From Bacillota bacterium (GTDB lineage Bacteria; Bacillota; Sulfobacillia; Fermentithermobacillales; Fermentithermobacillaceae), in assembly GCA_050952125.1 (NCBI GenBank), contig JBMNKK010000001.1, positions 117,972 to 181,971 on the forward strand: a DNA stretch of 64,000 bases, in the 5' to 3' direction. The notes below the pieces were generated by a model. It was not told the origin of the DNA. It was given only the letters and a program-made list of their open reading frames with translations, and ran no database searches. Shown here piece by piece: positions 55,400 through 64,000 of the stretch. Position 1 is the first letter of the stretch. Each line of letters starts with the position of its first letter. Made by a program: the position numbers and the translations under genes.

Positions 55400-56824
55400 T
55401 TATTCCCCTTTGCCCGCCACTATTTGCCTGAGACTCGAGGGTAGAGGTTTGACCGCCAGAGTCTCCACGCCTGTGGCTTCGGCTACATCACGTAGAGTGC
55501 AATTATCGAGAAAAGCGCCTTCAAACAGAGCGACTTCGGGAATGAGGACCACGTCAAAAGAGCGGAGGTCGTGTTTCCTCCAGCGCCTAAGAACCGCGGA
55601 TATCACATCCTGCCCGGTAAGGAGCCCTGCGGCCGTTACGGTATCGCCGAAGAACACGTTTTTCACAGGAAATACCTCGATGCAGTCTTCCAGCCCCATA
55701 GACCGAACCGCCTTCTCCACCTCGCCTGCGGCCATCTCGCCGGTTACGGCGATAGCGCGCCGGAAGGAACCTGCGGCCGCCTGACCGTGAGGATCCGGTG
55801 CGCAACCGGGTTCCCCAACTCCGCTTCCCAACTCAATCTCGAGGCACCTGCGGAATTCAGGTACTATCCCAATACCGTTCTCGTACTGGTGGAAATCGCC
55901 GTAGTACTCATAAGGCGGGAAAGGCCGTCCCGAAAGAAGATACAGCTCGTCTGCTCCGTAGGCCCAATTGTCGCCGCGCCTCTTTCTCGCCCCGGAAGCA
56001 TAGTCTTCTATCAACTGCAGGGTTTCACCTGCCCACTTTGGGTCGGGCGCGGGAGACGGAGGCGCCTTTCGATAGCGCGTGTATACCGCGGGCACAACGC
56101 CGACAGACATCATGTTCTCGCCCAGCGAATCGAGGTCTCTGAGAGTCCTTTGGAGACTCGGGCCGTCGTTCAGGCCCCTCAGAATGACCAACTGGGCGTG
56201 GAGGCGGATGCCCATGCCTACAAGCCTTTCGAGGTGTTCCATGATGCGGGCAGCTTCCGGATTTGACATAAGGCGCTGCCTTAGCTCTGGATCGGTAGTA
56301 TGCACTGATACCCGGAGGGGCGAGATCTTCTGCTCCTCCAACCTAATCCAATCTTCTTCGGTGAGGTTGGTCAGGCTCAGGAAGTTGCCGTAGAGAAACG
56401 ACATGCGATAGTCATCGTCTCGCACGTGAAGGGCTCTTCTCATTTCACAGGGGATCTGCCTTATGAAGCAGAAAACGCAGTTGTTCTTGCATGTCTTGAC
56501 GCGATCAAACACCGGATCTTGGAACGACACCCCAAAGGACTCCTCCGGGTCTTTTTCAACCTCGTAGGCTTCTTCTCTGCCGTCGCGTTTCCGGATCACG
56601 ATCGAGACGTCACAGTCTGCGGTACGGAAACGGAAATCCAACTCATCCTTAAGCTTTTTCCCGTTCACCGAGACTATCCGGTCGCCGGGCTCTATCCCAA
56701 GGTAGCCCGCGAGGCTCCCTTCATCAACTCGGCGGACCAATCCCCCTTGCCTTCGAGCCATCGAACCAGATAACCTCCCCTTTGGACTGCCCCTCATTAT
56801 CCTTCCACTTTGCGGCGAGGTCAA
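55400..56824 (-). CDS. PDZ-domain radical SAM protein (DUF512 family)
   Basis: N-terminal PDZ (GIEPGDRIVSVNGKKL) and CKNNCVFC (CxxxCxxC). The start is ambiguous: TTG at 56824, ATG at 56797 or ATG at 56761. Confidence 0.7.
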   Translation of the reverse strand: MTSPQSGRIMRGSPKGRLSGSMARRQGGLVRRVDEGSLAGYLGIEPGDRIVSVNGKKLKDELDFRFRTADCDVSIVIRKRDGREEAYEVEKDPEESFGVSFQDPVFDRVKTCKNNCVFCFIRQIPCEMRRALHVRDDDYRMSFLYGNFLSLTNLTEEDWIRLEEQKISPLRVSVHTTDPELRQRLMSNPEAARIMEHLERLVGMGIRLHAQLVILRGLNDGPSLQRTLRDLDSLGENMMSVGVVPAVYTRYRKAPPSPAPDPKWAGETLQLIEDYASGARKRRGDNWAYGADELYLLSGRPFPPYEYYGDFHQYENGIGIVPEFRRCLEIELGSGVGEPGCAPDPHGQAAAGSFRRAIAVTGEMAAGEVEKAVRSMGLEDCIEVFPVKNVFFGDTVTAAGLLTGQDVISAVLRRWRKHDLRSFDVVLIPEVALFEGAFLDNCTLRDVAEATGVETLAVKPLPSSLRQIVAGKGE

Positions 56825-57485
56825 GGCAATGCCGGGCCGCGCGCCTCATCTGAGGCACTTTCCGGATCAGGGAACCTGCGATGAGATTCCTCCCGGGGAA
56901 CACCAGAGAACACCGCCGCGAAGCGAAACCGCCGACCCTCGCCCGGAAGTCCAGGAGCCCTCTGACCGAACAGATACACACGGATACGTTCGGGCAGCTG
57001 AGCTCGATCAGGTCGCAAACCGCCCGTTCCAGCGGCGCAGAAAGCCACCCTGTACCGAGCGCGTATACTTCGGCACCGGAGCAGTCCTTACCCATAAACA
57101 CGGGAACGCCTATTTCAGCCGTCCGCCTCCGGTCGAAGTAAGGCAGGTCGCAGATGGGAGTGCCGTTGTCCACTATCCCTAGGTGAACCGATGCCGCCAG
57201 TATCGACGAGTGAGTGCCCGCGTAGCACGCGTAGATCACGAGCCTGCGCCTTTCGTCCGCCGCCTCGGTCGCGCCTTCTCCAGGACCTCTCCGGCAAATG
57301 GCCAACACGTTCTCCACAACCCTAAGAGCCAGAGGCGACGGTGTAAAGCCCCAGGCGCAGTAGACGCCGTTGCTGGATGCAGCCTGTCCGCGCGACCCAA
57401 CCTTCACCTTCTTTCCGTTCAGCCCGGCCTCGCGCATGGCCTTTTCGCGCCTCGCAGCCAACACTATCTTCCCTGCGGAGGTCAA
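56724..57485 (-). CDS. Conserved hypothetical protein (possibly DUF3189-like); start uncertain
   Basis: Core LVIYACYAGTHSSILAASVHLG. A possible GTG start at 57239 follows GAAAGG. The 3' end overlaps the start region of the DUF512 gene. Confidence 0.5.
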   Translation of the reverse strand: MTSAGKIVLAARREKAMREAGLNGKKVKVGSRGQAASSNGVYCAWGFTPSPLALRVVENVLAICRRGPGEGATEAADERRRLVIYACYAGTHSSILAASVHLGIVDNGTPICDLPYFDRRRTAEIGVPVFMGKDCSGAEVYALGTGWLSAPLERAVCDLIELSCPNVSVCICSVRGLLDFRARVGGFASRRCSLVFPGRNLIAGSLIRKVPQMRRAARHCLDLAAKWKDNEGQSKGEVIWFDGSKARGIGPPS

Positions 57486-57670
57486 TGCTTCACCACAATT
57501 AAGACCCCGTCGCCAAGGTCGTGAACCGCACCTTGAAGAATACGGGAAAGATAAAGCGCCTTCTTCTGGCGCGCTTTGTCGTCGGCGGCGACGAAAGCCG
57601 GAACGCCTGCAACCTTACACAGATCGTCAGTGACGGCCGCCAGTATCGTCTTCTGGACTGTTACCTCCAA
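57482..57670 (-). CDS. Small protein downstream of, and overlapping, the YIEGIA gene (possible YIEGIA capping-complex subunit)
   Basis: 62 aa ORF overlapping the 3' end of the YIEGIA-family gene by 44 nt. The assignment rests on its position only. Confidence 0.35.
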   Translation of the reverse strand: MEVTVQKTILAAVTDDLCKVAGVPAFVAADDKARQKKALYLSRILQGAVHDLGDGVLIVVKH

Positions 57671-58586
57671 CTCGCGCCCTCCCTGTAACGCTGTTCCCGC
57701 CCCTCGCCAGCCTGCCGGCTCTGGCGAAGCGAGCCCTCCCTCGCGACGACTCCAAGACGGGCGAGCGGCGGATGATCTCTAGCAGAGCTTCTTGATCTCT
57801 CACCATGGGAACCGTGTAGATCGCGACCCTGTCTGTCTTGACATCTCTCTTGGCCTGAGGGGCGAACTCGGGCGTGTCGGCATCCATTCGCGCGCCCAGT
57901 ATTGACGCCGCGTCGTGAAGGATAGCCTGCCGCTGCCCCTGACTCACCAGAGTATCGCGGGCCTCGTCGTCCTTGGGAGTAAGGATTGCCCCGAGAGCCC
58001 TCTCCTTGATGAATTCCTGCGACTCCCTAAGGCCTGCGCTGAAGATATACACATCCCCCACCCACACATCCGAACCCTTCACGATAACCGGAGCGGCTTC
58101 CACGCTGACCGATTCTCCCAGCTTTTCGCCTCGCGTGAGAATAATGCTCCAGCCAAAAGCGATGCCCCCAAAAAGCAGCCCGGTCCAGATGGACTGCATC
58201 TCAAACCCGAGGGCGGTGGCGGCGGAAACCACGATTACGATGTAGTAACGGGTTTCAAAAACCCTGGCGATATCCTCAATATAGCCGCTCCCGCGAGGCA
58301 CCAGTTCGTTGTCTTCCAGCGCCTTCAGCGAATCCCTCTCCATGCTCCGGATGCTCCGGAACTGCTCTGCCACGAGAAGGAAGAACGTGACCGCGGTCCA
58401 CTCGCGCTCAATGAGGGCGGGGATCGTGACGGCGCCGGCCAGCGCCGCGAAGATGCCCATGAACAGGTGCGTCGCGTAGCCGTGAGGATAACTGGGGTAC
58501 TGCCGGTAGTCCGAGCGCAGCATGGCGACTCTGGCCAATACCCCTACGAGCAGAGCGAGCCCTACTGCGCTGCCGTGACGGATCAA
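57627..58586 (-). CDS. YIEGIA-family membrane protein (sporulation-associated)
   Basis: Contains GYIEDIA, a variant of the family-defining YIEGIA motif, and multiple TM helices. Positioned between spoIIP and der as in other spore-formers. Confidence 0.7.
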   Translation of the reverse strand: MIRHGSAVGLALLVGVLARVAMLRSDYRQYPSYPHGYATHLFMGIFAALAGAVTIPALIEREWTAVTFFLLVAEQFRSIRSMERDSLKALEDNELVPRGSGYIEDIARVFETRYYIVIVVSAATALGFEMQSIWTGLLFGGIAFGWSIILTRGEKLGESVSVEAAPVIVKGSDVWVGDVYIFSAGLRESQEFIKERALGAILTPKDDEARDTLVSQGQRQAILHDAASILGARMDADTPEFAPQAKRDVKTDRVAIYTVPMVRDQEALLEIIRRSPVLESSRGRARFARAGRLARGGNSVTGRARVGGNSPEDDTGGRH

Positions 58587-59731
58587 GCGGTTCCGCTTCC
58601 TCCTGAGTCACCGGAGCCACCGCCTCGTTCAGGCCCGTCTCCCCTCTCTCCGCCAATCCGCACGCCGCCGGAGCCGAACCACCCCATTATCTTCGCCCGC
58701 ATTTCGTCCCAACTTCCGGTTGCGACCCACAGGTACACAAAGGTGCCCGCCACCGCCAAACCGAGTATCCAGCCGAGCGACCTTCCGATGGTCCCGCCTG
58801 ACGGCGCCCCGGTCGAAGCTCCGATAACTTGGGGCACGACGCCGCCGATGAGGGCGGCACCTGCCTCGGCTGCTTCCCTGGTGGTCTGTTCGGTACCGAG
58901 CTCAAGCAGGAGCGAGCGGTCGTAGAGGTCCTGGTTAAAGTCTGCTTTACCGAGGAAAATGCCCTTTATGAGCCCTTGATACTTCTTGTTGACGGCGTCC
59001 TTGAGGCGCCTTGCGAAGTCCAAGTTCGAGTTCATCTTCGGGTTGGTGCGGCCGATCACTATCATCGCCTTCGCGACTTCCTTGCCTCCCACCTCTTTGA
59101 GGTAAGGTTCGGCCGGCCCTGCATCGCGGTGAACGTCGAAGAGAGCCAAGGGACGTTCCTTCAAGAGCTGCACAGCCGTTCTGCGGGAGCGATCGTAGGC
59201 TCCGGCGTCGTGAGGATCGTGAGACGTAGTGCTGTGAACAGCATCAACTCCGGCGCCCTTAAGGCTGTCGGCCAAGCTGGCGCCTACCTGAAGTATGCCT
59301 CCGGCGCCTGCCCGTGAGTCCGTGTTGTCCGAAGGCTCATAAGACTCGTCCGAGTGGGTGTGATAGATGGCTACCTTACCGCTGCCGCCCTGACTCTGAG
59401 CGCTCAGTATGGGTAACTCGGGCAGCGCCTCCATCTTGCCGACGGCCTTCGCCGTAGCCGTGTCGCCGTTCACCAGAGTGATCTGGTAACGGGTGTCGTC
59501 CTCAGCGATAAACTCGTCGCCGACATGCAGAGTGTGGCCTGTTGTGAATATGGTGCGCCCGGTTTCATCAACTACCGTGTACCACGACCCGCTCCGCTCA
59601 TCGGCGCCCGAAGGCCCTTGTGTCGCGGTCGCCGCATAGAAACTCCCCGCGCGGTAGAGATACGCCCCGAATCCTAAGACAAGAGCGATGACGATAATAC
59701 CCGCGAGGCGCCTACTTCTTGTCTCGTTCAT
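58583..59731 (-). CDS. spoIIP: Stage II sporulation protein P family (SpoIIP, cell-wall amidase/peptidase)
   Basis: N-terminal TM. VAIYHTHSDESYEPS matches the conserved SpoIIP IYHTH-x-x-ESY region. Confidence 0.75.
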   Translation of the reverse strand: MNETRSRRLAGIIVIALVLGFGAYLYRAGSFYAATATQGPSGADERSGSWYTVVDETGRTIFTTGHTLHVGDEFIAEDDTRYQITLVNGDTATAKAVGKMEALPELPILSAQSQGGSGKVAIYHTHSDESYEPSDNTDSRAGAGGILQVGASLADSLKGAGVDAVHSTTSHDPHDAGAYDRSRRTAVQLLKERPLALFDVHRDAGPAEPYLKEVGGKEVAKAMIVIGRTNPKMNSNLDFARRLKDAVNKKYQGLIKGIFLGKADFNQDLYDRSLLLELGTEQTTREAAEAGAALIGGVVPQVIGASTGAPSGGTIGRSLGWILGLAVAGTFVYLWVATGSWDEMRAKIMGWFGSGGVRIGGERGDGPERGGGSGDSGGSGTA

Positions 59732-60365
59732 GGTTGCCCTTCCCCCCTGCCGGAGGTTTCACTACGTGCTCTCTCGCTTCTCCGACCAGCTCGACAAGGC
59801 CGACGGCGAGAATTCCCGCCACAACGGTGGCATCAAAGGTTCCTGCGCCTCCGAAAGCTACCGAGCCGGGTATCCCCATCGTGAGAACCTCAATCCAGTG
59901 AATGATATCGGCCGCAAGGATACCGCCGACTCCGCCCACAAAGGCCGCTCGCCTGGACCTCCCGCTAAGTGCGGCTATGATGCCCGCGGCGACACCGAAA
60001 ATGATCATGGGAGGCACCGCCATGAACTGCTCGTCAGGGTTGAGGAGCTTCGCGAGGCCCCAAATGACCGCGCCCGTAACCAGAGCTGAGAACACCGACC
60101 TAATCTTTTCCGAACCCTCGTCGGCGGTAGCTATGAGCCAGATGGCGACCCCGAGAGGTATCAAGGCGCCCCCAACGTTCACTGATACCGGCACTCTGCC
60201 TCTTGAAATGGGGATGTCAATAAAGGTGCCTGCCGCCATCAGGAGGATGATGACGAGTGCGGCCCTGTCGGAAAGCCTCATTCTGTCGAGCACCCTGTGG
60301 AGGACGCCGAAGAAAACCAGGATGGCAACGATGATGAGGATGATGGTTCCAATGGGTAGACCCAA
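59712..60365 (-). CDS. Hypothetical integral membrane protein (possibly DUF1614-like)
   Basis: 217 aa, Gly/Ala-rich TM helices. Family name is uncertain. Confidence 0.55.
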   Translation of the reverse strand: MGLPIGTIILIIVAILVFFGVLHRVLDRMRLSDRAALVIILLMAAGTFIDIPISRGRVPVSVNVGGALIPLGVAIWLIATADEGSEKIRSVFSALVTGAVIWGLAKLLNPDEQFMAVPPMIIFGVAAGIIAALSGRSRRAAFVGGVGGILAADIIHWIEVLTMGIPGSVAFGGAGTFDATVVAGILAVGLVELVGEAREHVVKPPAGGKGNHERDKK

Positions 60366-60454
60366 GGACGACCCCCCCTTAATCTGTCAACACTTAGGCT
60401 GTCCTGTAGGGGAAGTGCTCTATTCCTTGGGCTGTAAGCATATTGGCCCGGCAA

Positions 60455-60487
60455 TATGAAACGCGGGAACCCAACTCGGTTCCCGCG
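60455..60487 (-). terminator. Rho-independent terminator after ispH-rpsA
   Basis: cgcgggaacc-caactc-ggttcccgcg hairpin, followed by tttcatatt on the minus strand. Confidence 0.6.
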
Positions 60488-60516
60488 ATCAATTTCAGGT
60501 AGGCAACAAGAAGTGC

Positions 60517-62799
60517 CTATGCTTCCGGATCTGCCTCCGGCTCGACTGCAGTCTTCTGGGAGTCGACCTCGGCTTCTTCCTCCGGCTTGCACTCTTCCAC
60601 CTCGGCTGGTTCTGCCTGGGGTTCCGGCTCGACCGGTTCCGGTTCCGCTTGCTCCGGCACGGTCTCCGGTGCCGCCGGCTCCTGAGCGTCAACTTCCGGC
60701 GCAGCCGGAGCAGCCGCGGGTTCGACTTCCATGGCAGGCGACTCAGGCTCGTCTGAAGCCGGCGCCTGACCGTCTTCGGTGATAAGCTGGTCAGCCTGCT
60801 TGATCGACAGGCTGATACGCCGTTCATCCGGCCTTACCCTGAGAACCTTAACCCTCACAGTATCGCCTGAGCGCACCGCGTCCTCGGGTTTGGTCACATG
60901 GTAGACGGCAACCTCGGATATGTGAACCAGGCCCTCGACACCGGGCTCCAGCTGAACAAACGCGCCAAACGGAGCCGTCCTGGTGACTTCGCCGGTTACA
61001 ACCGATCCGACAGGATACTTCTCCTCAACCCCAAGCCAAGGATCGGGCAGAACCTGCTTGCGGCCTAGAGAAATCTTCCCCTTCTCCTTGTCGACTCTCA
61101 GAACCTTTACCTCGATTTCTTGGCCCTCGCGGACGACCTCGGAAGGATGCTTGACGCGGCCCCAAGAGAGCTCGGAGATATGCAGCAAACCGTCAACCCC
61201 GCCTAGGTCAACGAAGACTCCAAAGTCGGTAAGGCCCTTGACGACTCCGGCGCGAACCTGCCCTTCGGCAATGCTCTCCCAAGTCTCTTGGCAAAGCTTC
61301 TGATGCTCCTCCTCAAGGACCACCCTCTGTGACAGCACAACACGGTTCTTGCTTCTGTCGAGCTCGAGAACCTTGAGCCTGAGCGTCTGTCCCACGTACT
61401 TTGAAAGGTCGTTAACGTAGCCCCTCTCTACCTGAGACGCGGGCACAAATCCTCTAAGTCCGACATCAACCACAAGGCCGCCCTTTACTTCCTGCGATAC
61501 GGGAGCTTCAATGACCGTCCCCTGCTCAAAGGCTTCCTCGAGTTTTTGCCAGTTTGCGTCCTCGTCAGCTTTTCTCTTGGAGAGCCGTAGGCCGCCCTCG
61601 GCAGAATCGGAGCTCACGACATAGACCATGATTTCATCGCCGGGAGACAGCGTACCCGTTGAGAACGCGCTTTTGCGGTTCAGTTCTGAGGCAGGAATCA
61701 GCCCCTCTGATTTCGCCCCCACATCGACCAAAGCGCCGTTATCATCAACTGAGACTACGCGCCCCTTGATGATCTGCCCGGCTTCGAGGGAACGAAAAGA
61801 CTCGTCGTACATCTCGGCTGCTGTCTTCTCGTCGGTCACTTCCATGTCCTCGGTGCTGGGCTCTTCCGCACTCTCTTCCTTCGCAGGCACATCGTCTGCA
61901 GAAGGAGATTCCGCTTTCGTGGGTTGGTCTTCGTGCTCTTTCTCCACCATGGACTTTTCAATTTCCTCCACTTTGCCTACAACCTCCTTTATCACCCAGT
62001 CGGGAGTAGAAGCGCCCGCGGCTACTCCGACCGTCCGTTTCCCGGAAAACCAATCCGCGGAAACGTCTTCACTAGACTCCACGAGGTATGCCTGAGCCCC
62101 GCTCTCGCTGGCGATTTTGAGGAGCTGTCCCGTGTTGGCGCTTGTCCTTCCCCCGACCACGAGAATCACTTGGCACTCTTTGGCCAGTTCGGCGATGGCT
62201 TCCTGCCTATCGTGGGTTACAGTGCAGATAGTATTCTCTGATTGAATCGAAATACCTCTTTCCCTCAGAGTTTCCAGGACTTTTTCAACTTCCGACTCCC
62301 GGGCCGTCGTCTGAGACAAGACGCAAACGGCCTTCCCTTCCAGCTGCGGAGCAATCCTCTCTGCCGCGGCTGCATCGGGTACGCAGAAGGCTGTGCCGCC
62401 GGCGTGGGACAACACGGCATGCATCTCGGGATGGCTGGGATCTCCTACCAAGACCACGGTGTATCCCCGTCCGGCAAAATCCTTGGCCAACTGCTGGGTA
62501 CGCTTCACGTAGGGGCATACCGTGTCGACCGTCACCACTCCGTGAGGGACCTTGTTTAGTTCCTCGACTGCTGTCCCGTGGCTGCGCAGGATTAACGTGC
62601 CCCCGGTACAGTCAAGGGGCGAATCTACGTTTTTCACGCCCTTTGCGGCCAATTGAGCCTCGACCACCGGGTTGTGCACCACGGAACCCAAAGTCCACAC
62701 AGGGTGCGGCCCCTCTGCCACAGCCCTCTCGACGAGGTCCATTGCCCGCCTGACTCCCAGGCAGTAACCGCTACCCTTCATGACCTTTATCTTCAGCAT
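60517..62799 (-). CDS. ispH: Bifunctional 4-hydroxy-3-methylbut-2-enyl diphosphate reductase (IspH) / ribosomal protein S1-domain protein, with an acidic low-complexity C-terminal tail
   Basis: N-terminal IspH (VVHNPVVEAQL..., conserved Cys) followed by four S1 domains. The last roughly 90 aa are E/P/A-rich (EPEPVEPEPQAEPAEVEE...). Confidence 0.85.
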   Translation of the reverse strand: MLKIKVMKGSGYCLGVRRAMDLVERAVAEGPHPVWTLGSVVHNPVVEAQLAAKGVKNVDSPLDCTGGTLILRSHGTAVEELNKVPHGVVTVDTVCPYVKRTQQLAKDFAGRGYTVVLVGDPSHPEMHAVLSHAGGTAFCVPDAAAAERIAPQLEGKAVCVLSQTTARESEVEKVLETLRERGISIQSENTICTVTHDRQEAIAELAKECQVILVVGGRTSANTGQLLKIASESGAQAYLVESSEDVSADWFSGKRTVGVAAGASTPDWVIKEVVGKVEEIEKSMVEKEHEDQPTKAESPSADDVPAKEESAEEPSTEDMEVTDEKTAAEMYDESFRSLEAGQIIKGRVVSVDDNGALVDVGAKSEGLIPASELNRKSAFSTGTLSPGDEIMVYVVSSDSAEGGLRLSKRKADEDANWQKLEEAFEQGTVIEAPVSQEVKGGLVVDVGLRGFVPASQVERGYVNDLSKYVGQTLRLKVLELDRSKNRVVLSQRVVLEEEHQKLCQETWESIAEGQVRAGVVKGLTDFGVFVDLGGVDGLLHISELSWGRVKHPSEVVREGQEIEVKVLRVDKEKGKISLGRKQVLPDPWLGVEEKYPVGSVVTGEVTRTAPFGAFVQLEPGVEGLVHISEVAVYHVTKPEDAVRSGDTVRVKVLRVRPDERRISLSIKQADQLITEDGQAPASDEPESPAMEVEPAAAPAAPEVDAQEPAAPETVPEQAEPEPVEPEPQAEPAEVEECKPEEEAEVDSQKTAVEPEADPEA

Positions 62800-63416
62800 G
62801 ACCGGACTTCGCGTGCCTCCACGCGGCTTTCCTCCCTAATGCTGTCCCACAGCTGCGAGATGGCTCTTTCTACAGCATGCGCACCCTCTTCCATATCTAC
62901 GGCGTTTTGGCCGGTCTTGGGTTCTATTTTCATGCTGTCACCGAAAACTATGACTACCGGAGCGCCGATCTTGTACGAGCCTCGAATCGCTGCAGGCACT
63001 ACCGGAGCGCCGGTCCTGAGCGCGAATAGCGCGGCTCCGGCGTGCATCTCACCTAGGCGGTCGGTGTTCTTCTGCCTGGTTCCCTCGGGAAAAATGCCAA
63101 GCACCTCTCCGTTTTTCAGGATGGAAAGACCTGTCTTGATGGCGCCCAGGTCCGGTTTTCCACGATTCACAGGAAAGGCGTGGATTTTCCTGAACAGATA
63201 GGCCAGGAGGGGATACCTGAACAGCTCTTTCTTAGCCATGAAGTGGATTGGGCGCTTGACCGCTGAAGCGACCAGGATCGGGTCCCACCAGGAAACGTGG
63301 TTGGCGCAGAGAACCGCAGGGCCGGCGGCGGGGATATTCGAAACACCCCTCGTCTTCACCCGGAACAGGATGCGGCCCAAGGCACCCAGGATGGTCTTCA
63401 CTATCGAGTAGAGCAA
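62793..63416 (-). CDS. plsC: 1-acyl-sn-glycerol-3-phosphate acyltransferase
   Basis: NHVSWWDP (HxxxxD acyltransferase motif) and FPEGTR motif. Confidence 0.85.
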   Translation of the reverse strand: MLYSIVKTILGALGRILFRVKTRGVSNIPAAGPAVLCANHVSWWDPILVASAVKRPIHFMAKKELFRYPLLAYLFRKIHAFPVNRGKPDLGAIKTGLSILKNGEVLGIFPEGTRQKNTDRLGEMHAGAALFALRTGAPVVPAAIRGSYKIGAPVVIVFGDSMKIEPKTGQNAVDMEEGAHAVERAISQLWDSIREESRVEAREVRSC

Positions 63417-64000
63417 TCCCGCTTCTCCTCACATAGGCGCGTTATCTCATCAACTACCTGGTCGACGGTCTTGTCGGACGTATCAACGAGAACCGAATCG
63501 GGAACCAAGACCAGCCTGCCCCACTCCCTTTCGTGGTCTTTGCGGTCCCGCTCGACGAGTTCGCCCAATACTTCCTCAAGTGTCATTTCTACACCCTTGT
63601 CCTGCAACTCCTGCCATCTCCTGCGAGCGCGCTCCTCCACATCTGCCGTCAGAAACACCTTAACTTCGGCGTCGGGCAGCACTACGCTGGTGATATCCCG
63701 GCCTTCCATTACAATGCCGCCGTCTTTGGCCAACTCTCTTTGGATTCTCACCAAGACTTCCCTCACCGGCCTGTGCATGGCGAGGATCTTGACAGCCTTA
63801 TCGGTGCCCGGGTCGCGAAGCCTGTCAGTCAATTCTTCGCCGTCAACCCATACCCGAAAGACTCCATTCTCCTCTCTGGCAGTAAGGTCTAAGGAGCCGG
63901 CCATCTCACCAAGGCGGGCCGGATCATCGAGGGGGATATCGCGGTCAACAGCAGTAAGGGCCAGCGCACGGTACATAGCCCCTGTGTCTAGATAAGTGTA
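63401..64000 (-). CDS. cmk: Cytidylate kinase, C-terminal part (the N-terminus extends past the window end)
   Basis: C-terminal Cmk-like sequence. The P-loop is not in the window. 16-nt overlap with plsC. Confidence 0.7.
   Translation of the reverse strand, partial: YTYLDTGAMYRALALTAVDRDIPLDDPARLGEMAGSLDLTAREENGVFRVWVDGEELTDRLRDPGTDKAVKILAMHRPVREVLVRIQRELAKDGGIVMEGRDITSVVLPDAEVKVFLTADVEERARRRWQELQDKGVEMTLEEVLGELVERDRKDHEREWGRLVLVPDSVLVDTSDKTVDQVVDEITRLCEEKRDCSTR

Noticed and set aside
60456-60827. Alternative-frame ORFs (60456..60782 +, 60495..60827 -) across the repetitive 3' end of ispH-rpsA
   Set aside because: They are a consequence of the Pro/Glu/Ala codon repeats. The in-frame continuation of the S1 protein is the parsimonious reading.
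1-64000. CRISPR arrays, rRNA genes, transposases, integrases, phage genes
   Set aside because: No regularly spaced direct repeats, rRNA-like segments or mobile-element gene signatures were seen anywhere in the window.

Overview
Clostridia-type, high-GC, endospore-forming Firmicute (GC is about 60%). Supporting evidence: a gerA-type germinant receptor operon, spoIVA, spoIIP, a YIEGIA-family gene, a T-box leader, an ispH-rpsA fusion, and a spoIVA-gpsA-plsY-der ... rpsA-plsC-cmk gene order that mirrors the Bacillus subtilis cmk-rpsA-der-gpsA-spoIVA neighbourhood. The window is densely coding and falls into three parts.

(1) 1-19.5 kb: an accessory peptide and amino-acid catabolism region. It holds an NCS2 permease, a GntR regulator, two different M20 metallopeptidases, a gamma-glutamyltranspeptidase, a cytoplasmic class-A beta-lactamase-fold serine hydrolase and oligoendopeptidase F. 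Embedded in it are two paralogous copies of an uncharacterised seven-gene module: an M20 peptidase, four membrane proteins A-D, a 2x[4Fe-4S] ferredoxin-domain protein, and a Cys-rich protein carrying an 'ITTMCGH(G/H)MIS' motif. This duplicated module is the best candidate for a previously undescribed system.

(2) 19.5-50.7 kb: mixed functions. A T-box-controlled aaRS-like asparagine synthetase, an Obg/DRG-like GTPase, a BceRS-BceAB-type peptide-antibiotic sensing and detoxification module with a predicted BceR box, ApbE plus a tandemly duplicated lipoprotein, gerABC, livKHMGF, a class-V aminotransferase, tRNA-Pro(GGG), an MCP, and a Na+-dependent NSS transporter with a long leader behind a consensus promoter.

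(3) 50.7-64 kb: a conserved sporulation and housekeeping block (spoIVA, gpsA, plsY, der, DUF512 radical SAM, YIEGIA, spoIIP, ispH-rpsA fusion, plsC, cmk).

No CRISPR arrays, rRNA genes or obvious mobile elements were seen. All calls come from reading the translated ORFs and the DNA by eye; no database searches were run.
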